A stretch of DNA of 59,758 bases, the filler included, from Sluysia triapertura (Eukaryota): the NCBI GenBank assembly GCA_046118255.1. It is 5 parts of 5 records of this genome, joined end to end, with 100 filler letters (N's around TTAATTAATTAA, not from the genome) between each part and the next. Parts side by side here need not be neighbours in the genome. Positions count along the whole stretch, not along the records: positions 11,486 to 23,359 come from JBJNIA010161818.1; positions 23,460 to 37,615 come from JBJNIA010004668.1; 3 more parts are not named here. One strand, 5' to 3'. Position 1 is the first letter of the stretch. The number at the start of each line of letters is the position of its first letter. A program made the position numbers and the translations under genes. Positions 14,018-34,599 of this stretch are shown piece after piece. The notes below the pieces were generated by a model. That model saw only the letters and a program-made list of their open reading frames with translations. It searched no databases and was not told the DNA's origin.

Positions 14018-14357
14018 CAGGGATGGCGAACCCTATTTGATGTTAGTGCCACAATAAAATTTCATTTGAAATGTTAGCATGGTGAAACTAAACGTAAGTA
14101 CAATTAAATAAAAAATAAAAATTTTATCTAATACGCATCTTCATATACTTCGAGAGAATTCATGCGATATTTTAATAATAAAATGTATCATTTGACGGTT
14201 CTAGTTAACATACTAAAATAGGTATTCAGTACTTCAAATTTATATCATAAATTATAAATTAAGTGTAGATTAATAATTTTTAATTCATTTCTACTAAAAA
14301 GATAACTTATATAAAAATAATTTTGTTTTTGTGCATGCCATTGGTTTGTCATCTCTG
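14018..14357. mobile_element. hAT (Charlie/Buster-like) MITE
   Basis: TIRs CAGGGATGGCGAAC / GTTTGTCATCTCTG; degenerate 8-bp TSD AGCTACAC / AACTAAAC with central TA. Confidence 0.7.
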
Positions 14358-15379
14358 AACTAAACAAATTGACATATATGATTATTATAGATTTAATTTG
14401 TTTTTGGTAATTGTAAAAAATTTCATAATACAAAATCATTATTTTTGCAGATGGTTTAAAATATATTAACTTGTTTTTGTTTTCGATATTATCATTGATT
14501 TATAATATTAGAAAAGGATTTATCATTGTGGTAAATATTTTGTGGAATTTCTATCATTATTATTAAATACTTTCGTGATAGTTCAAATTTTAGTCCCAAC
14601 TTTTAGTGCGGCATGTCAGACTTTATTAGCTACCAATCATGTAACTTGATTAATGATCTTTCATTATTTTCTCCTACTCTACTCGATTCAATTTTACTTA
14701 AATTATTCTCACATTAAAATAACAATTCATTACTAGGTACTCATCTTCCACATCAATAAATTTCTTATCCTTTTATCATTACAAAATTGAGCATTAAAAT
14801 GTCTAAAATTTTACGACCTTTTCACGGACTCTACATAATTAAGGCTAAATTTACTAGAATATTGAAAAATTAAGCTATGTTCGAATAAACCTGAATTAAA
14901 GGTTTTTCTTGATTAAAGTTTAAGAATGACCTTAACGAGCTGATGTTTAGTAAACAATAAATCTGAAGGTAACAATCTGATTACAACAAAACAAGCAGTT
15001 TTAAACACATTTATAAATGAGAATGTCGTTCGTTAATACTGCGACAAGACTAACTTAACTGAAAAATATTCGCTTCGTCTGTTCCTAATATTAATTGTAT
15101 AATAATACTTAATTTATTGCATTAATTTTCAATATAGGTTAACAACCTGTTTATCATAATGATAATTTAATTGCACAGTTTTCTCCAGAACTACTCAATT
15201 AATTTAGTTTTTAGACATTAATTAATTAGATATTTTTTGGTATAATACTTTTGAATATTTTTATGCGAAATGCATATTTTAAAATGAATTGTCTGATCTA
15301 TATTGTATCCTAAAATTGTAAACAATAAATATAATTAACAAATACAAATAGACAACATTCTATGTGGTCAAGTAATGTA

Positions 15380-20786
<5,407 letters not shown>

Positions 20787-22159
20787 GATTATTTATTTTG
20801 TTTTGCAAAATCGAAACCAAATAAAGTTGATGTAACAAAAGTAAAAATTAAACAACTTTATTATTATAACAAAATTTGTTTTAAAAAAATTAAAAATATA
20901 ACCTGACAGATTTATAAAATAAGCAATATAATTGGTGTCAAATGTATATAAAAAAATTTTTATTTGTGTGAAGTAATTTAATTACATTTAATATACTTAA
21001 AAGTATATTTTTTAAGATTATTTTTAATATAACATTATTAAATAGAGCTTATTTTTTATGTTTCGAAACATTAATAAAGTACAGAAATTTAAAAATTAAA
21101 TAAGTCACTTTTTATTTTAATGTAAATAACCGTAAATCGTTTAATGCAAATTTTATTTGTATACTCTAAAGCATTGTCTACATTTGGAGCAAAAAAATAG
21201 GAGTAACATATCTAATGCATATAATACAGTTTAATCGTACAGCTTAAAAACGAACATTTAAAAACTATTCATAATTTCATTTTCTTGATGCTAATAACTT
21301 AATCCCGTCTTAGCAACAATTACTTCAAAATTTTGCTAATGCTGCATGTCAAATTAAAGGTGATATTTTGTAATAATTATTGCACATTTATTTTTAAATT
21401 AATGACAATAACTCTATAAAAAATTAAATAAATCTAAATCTTAAAATATCTTAAATTTTATTTTAAATAATATTATAAATAAGTCTCCTTATAACAATTA
21501 ATTGTAACTCAATATAAATCAATCTCTAAAAATTTAATATATTACTCAACTTCAAGGTTGACACAAGATATATAAAGTGGTCCGTCTTTAATAACAAAAT
21601 CATTTAGCTTGGAAATATCAGTGAATTTAATAATCAAAAAATCAAATGCAAATTATCATAATTAGTTTTGATTTTGACAGTGGTGCTAATCAATTTGCTA
21701 CTTCAGTTTGGATTACCCAGCTGGCGAATAGAAAATAAGTTAAAAGGTTAGAGAATTTAAAATATGTAAGAAAAAGTGATATAAAATATCTGAAACATAA
21801 TAACATAAACATAAATAAGAATGATGCTTATAAGAAAATATTTATAATCATTTTGAAACAGAAGAATACTTTGAAACTCCAATGACTTTTATAGATATTT
21901 AAATTACCTGATTAAAACCCAATAACTAAATAAATTCAGAATCTCGATACATTCTCTAATAAATCACAATTATACTATGAAAATTCTTTATAATAATAAA
22001 AATTATTCTTTAATAGCAAAACGTTTTTGGTTATAAACTTCAAAATTCTAAATCTTTTAATATTAACAAACACAACTTATCTAAGATAAATGTTGACGCC
22101 CGTATTAATCAAAATAAAAAAGGGTTACTGACCTTTGTCCTTATGTTGAGATTGCCCAA

Positions 22160-22630
22160 CAGTGATGGATTGAACATGGTAAACATTATTGGAGTAAGAA
22201 TCATAAAAGTAAAAACATCTATAATAATGTTAACAGTTAAAGAATACCTTGGAGTTCCAAAGACCTATTAAGGGTTTGAGATCTTGTGGAAACTTGAGAT
22301 GGACTTGAAGAACCTTTGAAGGCAGAAGTGCCTTTGAATTTTAGAACCTTTCAATCATTTAAGACCTTAGCAACCTTTAAGCACTCTTGGAATATCGATA
22401 AGCATTTGAAGTCCTTTAGTAACCTTATAAAGTTTATAAAGTCTTTAAAATGCTTGAGAAATAAAATATTTGTTCAAAATAATAAAGATAAGTTTAATCT
22501 AGTAATAATTAACCTGAAGAAGTAGGAAAAGGAATCAGAGAGATGAAGGTGAAAACATCTAGAGCCTCCTGAATACCTTATAAACTAATAAAAACTGTAG
22601 AACCTCAATAAAACCTTTAAACATAGAATA
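22160..22630 (+). repeat. Dispersed repeat, most complete copy
   Basis: Homologous segments at 11688-11860 plus 12800-12895, at 21820-21890 and at 27785-27870, spread over two contigs. Confidence 0.7.
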
Positions 22631-22961
22631 ATGAAATTTCTGTAAACAGAATCTATGAATTAGAAAAATTCCAAAAATAATACAGAAAGAGCAACTTGGA
22701 ACTTTTCTTAATAAAAAAATTAACGTCAGATGAATCATATGGAAGCTGATAAAACGGTACCTACGAGTCTTGTTCCTAAAAATTACTTAATGAAAACTCA
22801 AATGAATGTATTGCTAATTGACAATATACTAAATCTATTTTTCAGAAAATTCTATGCCGAATTAGATATATTTTCTAAATATTATTCAAAGAAAAAACGT
22901 GATATTTTATTTTCAAAATCAGAATTATTTTTTCTCATTGATGTTCGTATGACAAATAAAT

Positions 22962-23025
22962 ATGGGTTTTGCTGCGGTTTTTCTAACACTTAACCTGCGG
23001 TAAAATATTTCTGAGCAGGGTTCGG
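22962..23025 (+). repeat. Dispersed repeat fragment
   Basis: TGCTGCGGTTTTTCTAAC...AAAATATTTCTGAGCAGGGTTCGG is the reverse-complement match of 55187-55245. Confidence 0.7.
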
Positions 23026-23359
23026 TGGTTACAGTAAACGTCTTATGTTCTGAAGAAGACGTTTCTCTAACTATATAAGCTATTACTTAATCTAAAAAGC
23101 AATACTCCTTAATGAGAGTATTATTAAATGCTCAATTAACTAAGTAATTAATTTTTTATTAAATTCAATTAAATTAAAACAAGATTATAACTTTATTGCA
23201 CAAAACCGTTATAATAAATGTAAAAGGTAAAATATAATAAAGATGATATTTTAAAATTAAAGTTCCAAGAGAGTTTAATTTATAACTATGATGTGTTAAG
23301 TGTGGTTTATCCCTCAATATATCTGGGACTAATAATTAAAATAAATGAGATTTTGAGTT

Positions 23360-23459
23360 NNNNNNNNNNNNNNNNNNNNNNNNNNNNNNNNNNNNNNNNN
23401 NNNTTAATTAATTAANNNNNNNNNNNNNNNNNNNNNNNNNNNNNNNNNNNNNNNNNNNN
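23360..23459. other. Artificial contig spacer
   Basis: N + TTAATTAATTAA + N. Confidence 0.97.
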
Positions 23460-23460
23460 T

Positions 23461-23905
23461 TCAAAAGGAGTTTAAGTGTATTTTAAAACCGTGTGTACCA
23501 GGGTTTACAACTTAAAATTAACAAGCTTACTGAATCAAACAATAATTGAATTTTGTTGACACCACGGAATATAAGTTTTTCGAAATCAAATGCGATCGAG
23601 ACCAAAGTATGTGGTTAGATATGCCAAATCGAATTAACCAAATAAATTAATATAAGAATCCGATGTTCCCAAATAACGTAGACCAAGTTGAAAAAACTAA
23701 TGATCGATAATAATTCAGCGACTCCAAATAATAATCGTGCTTTTCCAAATATTACAAATTACGAGACCAAAAAACCTTTAAAAATTTTGTCGACTATTGT
23801 TCCGTTGATATAACTTTTTAACTTTTTTACTTGTCTCTAAAATTCTGAAAAACTTTATGTATTTTAAATCTTATATACCTTGTTACAATGTTAAACTCCT
23901 TTTGA
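23461..23905. mobile_element. Putative MITE
   Basis: Perfect 15-bp inverted repeats TCAAAAGGAGTTTAA / TTAAACTCCTTTTGA. The left TSD is lost in the gap. Confidence 0.55.
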
Positions 23906-24369
23906 TTTTAAAATAAATATCCGACAATAATAATAATTTTCCAATAGATAATAAATAGTCAATAATGAAAATGTTTATAAAATATCAATAATAAATTTCC
24001 GATAATTATATCAATATCCGTAGTTATAATCGTTCATTAAAATATTCGCAAATAATTATAAAATAAATGTCCGTTTTTAATAATTAACTACTAAAATAAA
24101 CTTTTTAAAACTTTCAGTAATAAATGATTTATAAATATCCGTTTTGATTACTACTAAAGATAATAAACTTTTAAACGTAAATAAATAATTACTTCCTTTT
24201 AATCATGAAATTGTAATAAAATTATAAATATTTTCAAACATATAATTTCCGATTTTCAATACTGGTAAATAATTATTTATAAACATCCTATTAAATTTAC
24301 AAACTAAAATTTATAAACATCCTTTAATTTATTTATCTAATTAGATTTTAATTATTATTATTTTAAAGA

Positions 24370-24590
24370 TTTTCACAAAAATTATTATTTTACTTTTTTA
24401 CAAAAATTACAAAATTATTACAAAATTTACACAAAAATTATTTACAATTACTGATTTATAGATACAAAAATTATTATTTATAATTACAGATTATTATTTT
24501 ACCACAAATTATTTAATTACAAATTTACAAAAATTCACAAATTATTTAATTACAAATTTATTATTTTACCACAAATTATTATTTACAATG
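24370..24590. repeat. Degenerate AT-rich tandem repeat
   Basis: Repeated ACAAA(A)TTATT(A)TTT(A)AC-like units. Confidence 0.6.
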
Positions 24591-27500
24591 CTAATGATAT
24601 AACTAAAAATATTTAACTGGATTAAAGAAATGGTATAAGCTTTATTAGGATAAGTTATAGCACAAACGGACTCTATTTTTAATAATTCAGTACTTTCTGC
24701 ATGCAATTAAGTCAAAACGGTCTTATTTATGATAATTTAACAAAATAAAATTAGTGAAAATGAATTATATTGTCTTATTTTTTAATTTTCTCGTAAATAA
24801 AACTTTTATTTCCAAAATCGAATATTTTTCCTCAAATAACTTTCAAAACAATTTTAAAAATTAATAAATTAACGTAGTTTTAGAAGTACAATCAAAATAT
24901 AATGTAATAAAACAAACATTATTAAAACAACCAGAAATTAGACCTAATAAATAATATAGAAATTATAAGTTATGGATTCGTCTGGAGTATGCAGTTTACA
25001 ATTCACTTGCAGAATAACGTAAACTTAATTATCATTAGAAATGTTTTTCTTTTGAGGGTCTATAATATTTTATGCTATTTATTACACAAATATGTTTGCT
25101 TATTATCGTAATATAACAATTTGGCAAGGATAATTAGTATGCAAATATAAGCGTTTGTATTTTCTGATAGTTTCGTAAAGTACAATTATAATTACTTAAC
25201 CTTGATCTTGATATAAGGTAATAACTAATAACAATCTAATAACGTAAAAACAATCTGTTTGATAAACATTTAACAATTAGATCAAAATATCAACGATATA
25301 TCTGATTGGACTAATTTTAATAACGATTTTTCTGCCTGAAATTTCCTTAAAACATTAAACTCTTTTCAAAAAGTAACGAGTAATTATTTGTAAAGAAAAT
25401 AAATCAATAAAAATTAATTTCGTTGATTTGATGAATTTATTTCAGCATTTTTGTAGTTTTGTATTATGTTTAATAATATTTGTAATAATTATTATGTATT
25501 TATATTTATTATCATAATATATTACTATTGTTATTATAAAATTTTTTCATTATTATTTGTTAAAATCCTTTAATTCATCATTATTAATATTATTATTATT
25601 ATTACTTGTAACCAAACTAAGAAATACTATCTTGGCTTGGCTAAAATGATAGACAGTTATATTTGTTTACAAACTCTTTTAATGATTAAATTGAGTGTTC
25701 ATTTTTAATCTACATAGCAAAGAAGAAATTACTTATTTAAATGGCTTATTTAAAGTATGGAGATAATCATCTTGTATATTGAAAAATATAACATTATCTT
25801 TACAATTTATAATTTATTTATTTATTTTGAATTAATTTTACAATACTATCAGAATTTAACATTTGTTTTTTAATAAACAAATTTGTTTCACATGTAAATT
25901 AAACAATTTTGAAAATAATTTATTTTTTTAAACTAAAAATTTGTTTTTTGCACATTATGTTAAAAATCAAAATAAAAGAAAATAAGTAAATAAATCGCTT
26001 ATATAAACTTCAAACAAATCACTGCTAAAAACATATGTTATAACCTCTGTAATTTATATTTGCCTTTTCGCATTTTACCACAATAAATGTTAACAAAAAT
26101 TTTTCTTATTTTAATTTATAAAATGTAAAAGTACAATTATAAAAATTGTAATGATAAATATAAAATGTAGGATAACTGAAAATTATTTTATTTTTGGTAA
26201 TATTATAATGTATAATATTAAATAATTCGCCTTTTATTGACACTAATTTAAACAAAAGTATATCTTATTATTAAATTAATATTTTATAAATATATTAACA
26301 ACAATAAAAACAAATCAAGAAATTAATATATGATTTTATTGGGCTTCAACGCAGTTAAATCAGTTTTATTAAAAAAAATATAATCATTTTAACAATAATA
26401 ACTTTTTAATAATCATTTTTAATAATAACTTTTTATTGAAGCATTAAAACAAAACTGTGCAACACGTATTCCTCAAAAAAAAACATTTTCCTTTGTAAAT
26501 GAACACAAATTTTCTGTTTCAAATGAATCGTTCTTTCAGAATATATTTTATATGTAATTTAAATAAAATGTTGAATAATTTAATTAATTAATAAGAAATT
26601 AATTTGTAATATGTTGTACAAAAATAGGTACTTTAATTTCTAAATATTCATTAACTAATTGAACTGAAGGCTTATATTATATTAAATTCCACAAATCTTG
26701 TAGTTTCCAACAGAATCATTTTCATATTTTTATTATTATTAATTATTTTTATTATTAATTAATTTAATATTATTAATTTTTTTCTACGTTTTTTTTGGTC
26801 TCATAATTAAATATTATACTTTACTTTGAAAAAAATAAATTATATTAGCAAAGAAAATTTTTTATATAAAGTAAAAAACCATAAAATATTGATGTTTCTG
26901 TTGGGATTTATATACATTTTCCTAAAATATTAAATTAAAATAAAATTCTTAATATAAGACGTAACTTCTTGAACAAATTGTTGAGGCATTTTCATATTTT
27001 TCTTTCTTCATATTTTCATTTCTTTGCATAGATATTCTTGTATGTAGTGTGATTTATATAAATTTTCCTAAAATATCAAATTAAAATAAAATAAAATTCA
27101 TACTTTTTTAATTTATAGAAAAAATTGTGTGTAAGGAAAGGTGTAAATTTTTAATCAATAAAAATATAAATGTACCACCAAAACGTGCACATTAGAATGT
27201 CTTTGTGCTATATAGTCATTGGTGGGTTATTTTTGTAAGTGACCTTTATTTAAAATAACCACTAATGAGAGGACATTAAATTGAAATTTTTAAACAAATA
27301 TTTAAACCAGATTTTTATACTATTTTTTTAATTTTAATTTTTATATAAAATTTAGTGTAATACGGCAGTGTTAAAATCTATGTAGTAATTAATAAGAAGT
27401 TAAATGAGTAGTTAATTCATTTATTAACATTTGATACTTTCTTAGCTTTATATTTACACATTTTAACAATACAATGAATGTTCCTTTAGGAATTATTACT

Positions 27501-30499
27501 TTATTCCCAAACTTATAAAGTGTTTAGGCTTTCATCGAGGTCAGGAATATGTTAAATATTGCGACATTACTCAAAAGTTGGTATTTGCAGACGTTAACTC
27601 TTTTTGAAGCTATTTCACTAATAATGGTAAACCAAAGTAGGAATATATTAAAGTAATTTTTCTGAAACTGCGGAAATTAATACATTTTAGTGTTTTTTAT
27701 GTCTGAGGTCAGAAATTTTCTTCCGGAATGAGATATGCTGGGATTGTCGAAAATCAAAAAATGAAAGTAAAACAGATAAAAAGTGATGAATTGAACATGA
27801 TAAACATTATTGAAATAAGAATCATGAAAGAAAAAACATTTATAATAATCTTACAGCTAAAGAATATCTACTACTAAAATAGTTTTGTAGGAAATGCCCC
27901 AAGTCATTTTTGTGAATTATAATACTTAATTTTTAGATATTTTTAAGATACTTTTAAGAGAAAATATCTACATAATTTTTGTTAATATTATATTTGATGT
28001 TTAGTTACTTATAAGGTAATTAATTGAGAAACAGTTTACGTAATTTTTGTTGAAGATTATATTTAAATTATATTTGAATTTTCAGCCATTTTAAGGTGAA
28101 TTGAATAGGAACTCCCTAAGCAGTTTAATTTATCAAAATACTAAGTGTTTTATCTATAGAAATTATTGTTAAGTTTTTCTTTGAAGTTACTGTTACCAAA
28201 GGATTTTATTGTAATCGTGATCATTCTTTGTTACGTTGACCTAAAATATTTAAATAACATAATTACTATTAATTTTCTAGATATTGTTAGTGTTAGTTTC
28301 TGTTGTGTCACTCCTGGTTGTTTTGTCTTAATTAGATTGTAATATCGTTGATTTTATTATAAACGCTATTGTTATTTTTGTCGTTTTAGTGATTCTCAAC
28401 ATTTAGTAAAGATTTTTATTGATAATAAATTATTTTACGAATGTTTGTTTAATAGTACATTATTGTCTTGGTTTTGTTTTTGATTGTCAAGAACTTAATT
28501 TTGGGATAATAGTTATTAATATTATAAAATATTACTACAAAATCATAGTTGATATTTTATTTACTTAAATTATTTCATTAAATTATTACATTTCCTTGTG
28601 TAAAACTTAGTTATAAATATTTTTAAAATGAGTTAATAAATAAAATCGATGCATGCATAATAATGAACATTTAGCATATCAATCAACAAAGTTTCGTTAC
28701 AAGCTTTCTAAAAACATGCTTCCTTGGCTATAAGAATCGAAATAAGTTTTTGGGCTTACGCACATCTAAACATCGAAGTTGAAATAAACTCTGGATATCT
28801 GTTTTGATCTACAAATGTTATTCCATTCATAAATAATTTCAGCGTATCAATTAACAAAAAACTTTTTCTTACAAAATGCTTATTCAACTGTAAAATATTC
28901 ATGTATAATAGCCATTTCCATATAGTAATCGACTTTTATCAACTACATATCACAGAGCATGGGTCCGGTACGATAACCATAAATACAATTCATTTCCATA
29001 TCTCCCATTAGTTTTTTATACATAATTTGTCCACGCTTCATTAAATCCACTTGTTGCAATTTTAGTGCATCAGAAATAATAATCCCAAATTTAATCTGAC
29101 ACTTTAGGCTCTCAATTATAAATTAAACCTTTTCTAATGATTACTCTCTTCCTTGGTTTGTAGACCTTTTCACTTGTTAACAACCCACACACCATAAACA
29201 ACAGTTGAAAAGATGTATGTAAAATATAATAATTGCGTATCAAATATAAATAGTTTGTCCATATTATTAGTTCGAAAATTTATTGAATGTATCCCTTAAT
29301 TTTTACAATATTTGAATTATAATTAAAGTATTTATTTTCATAAAGTATATAATATATTATACTTTGGCGTGTACTGAACTATAAATCATTCTCATTTTGT
29401 GTAATTAAAATTAAACACACCGTACACACTAACATTTCACTTTTACTCCACTATAAATGTCAACCAATATAAAATTTTACTTAACTTTTATTAATAATAT
29501 TTAATTATCACTAAATAAATTTATTGTTTTATTAATATTTATTTGTTTTATTTTGTGTGTATCAATTTAAATTGTTTTTACTTATATTGATTGACGAAGA
29601 TAAATGTCAGAAAGTATATCTGAAATTTGTGATCCAAAAAGGATTGTTTCTGAATAAAAATACAATTTTATAAATGTGATAAATAAAATATTAATCGTAT
29701 TGCGCTTTTATTCGATTACTTATGCAGTGCTTAGCATTGTATTTTATTCAAATCTGTCATTTTAATTTAACACAACTCGGTAAACATAAATTTTAATTTA
29801 CTTAAAGTAACGTAATTAATAAAAAAAATTATTATTTTAAAAAGACATTATGTTTTCTTTATTTTGATATTATTTAAAAATAATTTATCAATGACATTGG
29901 GCTTTGTTTGTATTGATAAAATATACGTTGAATATGAATAATACAAATAATAAATCATATCAGAGATCGCTAATGGAAGAAATAAATATAATTAAAATAG
30001 ATTGTAAAAAATTAAGTTATTTTGGTTTTCCATATTCGAAAAATTGGAAAATATGAACAGTTTTTAAAATTCGCTTAAAGATTTTCTAAGTCAATACATT
30101 TAAAAAATAGTCTAAGTAAATACTTTTAAATTTTAATCTATGATGTCATGCAAAAAAAGACTGTTATTTGCGCTTATTAAGGTGCATTTACATTTTACGT
30201 TTAATTGTTTTACATTATAATACATTCTCATGTTATGTTACTTGAACTGTCACTTAATTATAGAATATAAGCAAATTTCTTTTGTGCTCTAATATCTAGC
30301 TCTTTCAAAATTACAACAATACAAAGATAAATTAGTTGCTTGAAACCTAAATATTTTTATAAAATTTTCGATATTTGTGTTTTATAATTATTATGCAAAT
30401 AAATTCTCGAAATATTTCTTAAAATAAAAGAAAATAAAGTTTAAATATTCAAGATATTTAAATATTCTGGTCTAAATCTTACCACTTATGAAATTATTC

Positions 30500-31150
30500 A
30501 AAATTGAATAACCTTTTGTGCTAATCAATCAATTTTTTTTACAATTTGGTTTTCTTATACCCATTTGATCAATATAATGATCATGTTTATATGTATATAT
30601 CAAATTAAAATTGATCGTAAGTTTTGGTTTTAACAGCCAATATTTATACCTATTTTTAAAGAAACTGAATGTTTATCAAATATAATTAGAACTACAATGA
30701 AATTTGATATTTCGATTCTCAAATTATGCATCCCAAACCTTGTATTATGTTTTCAAAATGAATTTATTTACATATATTTCGTTATTCGAAAAAACTTTTA
30801 ATAATACGCAGGAATTGTCATGATCTGACGATGAGACTTTTTGGGTATATTAGACCGACATTTGAACTTTGAACAACTAATTCAACCATAGAGCTATCAG
30901 CTGAGCCTAAAAATTTATTTTTATTGTTCTACATTATTAATTGGCATCATGCATAATATTCCAACAAGTAATATGTCTTGAATTCTGACGTTTTTAAAGG
31001 CGCCTAACTTAGTTTTAATTATGACAGTACTGCGAAAGTACTCAAAAGCGCTTAAGGTAAATCATTCACTGTAATATTTCTGAAACAGAAAGAACTTTCC
31101 TTTTTTCTTAAATATTTCATAATCTTCTAGCAATTTGACATTATCTGGTA
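30500..31150 (-). mobile_element. Possible highly decayed piggyBac transposase remnant
   Basis: Fragments such as LKRF*VLSQYCH and KFKCRSNIPKKSHR loosely resemble the piggyBac RF..L..LH and F.GR....YIP.KP motifs. Confidence 0.3.
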
Positions 31151-32378
31151 ACTGGTTGTATATTTTTGAGAGAAACAGTATACAGTATGATTAATATTAA
31201 GAAAAATTACTTTTAACGTTGAAAATTACGACATAATATAAGATCTTATAATTTTGCTATTCCTTATTTGTTTACTGTTCACTTTCAAAAATTTTCTGGT
31301 ATTTCTAAAATAGTTTAATATAATAAAACCTAATATTACTAATGTTTTAGTATTTTCTTAAATTGTACATATCTGTTCATTTGTCAATACAAGCCCTGCT
31401 TTTTCCAGTCTATATTTTTCTCTCTTTTTCATTTCTTTTATTTCTATGTTCTTGTGTTAAGGATTATCTTGTATGTTTATATTTTAGTTTTTTAAGTATT
31501 GTCTTTCGTGATACTGGTTTTGTAAGTTTAGTTTGTTATTGATGGTTGTGAAATATTTAAGCTTAATGACCTAAATTATTTTCTCACTATTTATGTTTTA
31601 ATTTAAGATCTATATCATATAACTACTTCATGTATTATGTAGCTTTAGTTTTTAAAAACGAAATTATTTTTTCAAAATGTGGGTTCAAACCCTATATATT
31701 TTCTTAAAAATTAGTAGCTTAAAACAATAATCTTAATGCAAAATAAAATGTAACTTAAAAAGTTATTAATTCTTAAAGTCGTGAACAAATATCAAAACTT
31801 AAATATCATTTTAGCTTATAGACTTAAATAAATGAATTCACTTATAAACTAATAATTCCATTAGAAATCTTACATCTTTGTCAATATTATTTATATAATT
31901 AATGCAATGCGATGTATAACTTTAATTTAAACAAATTTCTTAAATTAAACCTTTAGTGCCACCTGATGCATATGTGTCTTTAAAAAATGAGTTACATTTT
32001 ATCACCAAAATGTTTTAAATCAATTTAATACCACCAATTTCATTTTTTGTTTTATATTTCTAATAAAATACATTTTATATCCACATTTCCCATCGATCTA
32101 GAAGAAGATGTATTTTATGCAGCCACACGAATAGAGAAAAACTAAGAAAAGATATCAAATTTCAACGTTGGATTGTGAATAGATCCTTATTTTAAAGAGT
32201 ATCACACTCTTAAACACTTGTAATAACTTAAATTAAATATTTTATTGAATCATTTCTTTTTCAAAAAGCTCGTGTCGCAAGGGTTAAACTTAACTTTAAA
32301 TAATTTAATGCTCCTTAAAACTTGAATTAATGCTTAAAATAAAATGCTTAATGTCCGTGATCCTTAAATATGTCTTAA

Positions 32379-32578
32379 CCCTGCGGAAGTTGCACGTATC
32401 TCTCTTATACAAGTTTCAATCAAAAGTCACACTTCCGCACATAACACGTGTTATACTGAAACTAACCGTAAAACCACTAACGTAAGTATGCTTAGCTAGA
32501 CATACCTTCAAGGAAAACAAAAGTATTTAAAAAAGAAATTTGCTTGTATCTATTAGATCAACCGCAACCTCCGCAGGA
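32379..32578. mobile_element. piggyBac-type MITE
   Basis: TTAA|CCCTGCGGAAGTTGC ... GCAACCTCCGCAGGA|TTAA (13/15 TIR match, TTAA TSD). Confidence 0.8.
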
Positions 32579-33959
32579 TTAAAAAAAACATAAATAAATA
32601 GAAAATAAATCAAAATGTAGCTTATTCTAAATGATATCTTCAAAATATATGATCAGTGTTTCGTCAACCCTATCTTTAATGTATTCTAGTTTGTCGTATT
32701 ATTTGTCATATCGAGCCAAGAAATTTTGTTGGTATTTTATTTAATTTAACCAATCAAAATTTAGTTTTAGTGAATAAACTAATAGACGTTTGGTGGCTTT
32801 TCCATCAAACGTAAATCAGTATAATGTTATACATATCTTTCTACACTTCTCAGAAGGTCATAACTTTTAATCTAATTGTATTATAGCGAAGAGACACGTT
32901 ATAACTTACACATATGTAATATTTCTTTTGTAATTCAATGAAATGCAATTCACAAGAAATAATAGATAATAATAAATAATATTCACTGTTTATCATTTTT
33001 GATTTTAATTGCAATTTTAGCGTATCATTAAAATACATTAATAATAGAATGATCATGTATTTTAAGTTGATTTTATATTTGCAGTAAACGAGAAAATACT
33101 TATCCAAAATTTATACTTACTACTTAATTAGGAAAAGCAATCGATTGGAAACTTCGAGTTATTCAAAGTTGCCATTATATCTTGCTTTAGATTGTTTAAT
33201 ACTTACGCAATTTTTTGTGTTATTCTTCATATAGTACGTTATAATCAATTACTTTAAATCCAAAAAGTGATGTTGATCAATATTAACTAACGTATTAACG
33301 TATTTAAATACAGCTAAACTTATTTACACTTTACTGATTGGTGTTTAATTATATGCTTTTTTTCTTTCCATAATTTTCTAACACATTTTATTCTAAATGT
33401 TTGTAATGATATTTATTAACGATAAATAACAAATAATATTGTAAAACAATAATCAACAGATAATAAGTTTAGCAACAAAATGATAAAATTTCTGTAATAA
33501 CAATAATGAGCATTGTTTGTATGTTTTATATAATAACTCTAACATTTGTGTCACAACAATATTTGTATCTTGCTAAAGTCTTATGCTCGTCAGGACAAAT
33601 TGTATTATTATGAATTATTTAAACATCCAAAATTATTTAAATAATTTCGCGATTGTGTAATTATTTCAAATGAAATTTTTTAACAATTGTGATATTATTT
33701 TTCATGATATTATAATAATCGTAAAATCAGTTGAATACCCAAAAAAGGACGAAATCGTTAACTTTGACTACTTTTGTTATAAAAAGTAAAATTATACTAA
33801 TTTCAATATTATTTTATTCTGTGAGAATTAATTAATTCTGTGACATTATTGATAATGAAACTCAAAAGGACAATTATTATGAATAAGATAATTCTGATGT
33901 TGAAATTATATATAATCAAGAACTTAAAATTAATAGAGAAACTCTTATTACATCAGGAA

Positions 33960-34365
33960 CAATGTTCACTCCAACAAAGTACTTTGTGAAAATATTAAAC
34001 GCACGAGCGAACATTTAGAGCAGTCTGAGCAAATTTTTAAAATTTATGATGTTTGTACATTGTAATTTGTTATTGTTAATCCTAAATTCCTAATTATAAA
34101 AAATAAATCAAAACTCAACTAAAAAACAATGAAACTACCACAAAATAAATTTATTTCATTTTTATGCATTATTTTCTCTTCTGTTCTTGTAGTTTTGTCA
34201 GAATTTATATACTTCATCAATATCAAAAATGTTAATATTAAATTGCAAACTGCTGTAATTAATTTTTATTTTAAAAGTAATATACTGTACGGAGAGCTGT
34301 TAACTGCGCCAGCGTGTACAATCTACTGCAAGGCCGCAAAGTAGCACAGCTTAGAAGGAACATTG
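33960..34365. mobile_element. Possible hAT MITE
   Basis: CAATGTTCACTCCAA ... TTAGAAGGAACATTG imperfect TIRs; no TSD retained. Confidence 0.4.
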
Positions 34366-34599
34366 CTTATAAGTATCCAACTAGAAATAACCAATTAAAT
34401 TTAGTGAACTCAATACCGGCAGTATAGAACAAAGCCGTACACCAGATAATTCTTAAATTAATTCAAAACCTCACGATATTAAAAAGCTTTATAGATTGCA
34501 TAGGTATTTCACTTGTCAATTTAAACATTAGTGACTCAGGGTTATTCAATACAAGAATGACCTATTTTCTTATGCACAATATTTCCGGTTTTAAGGAAG

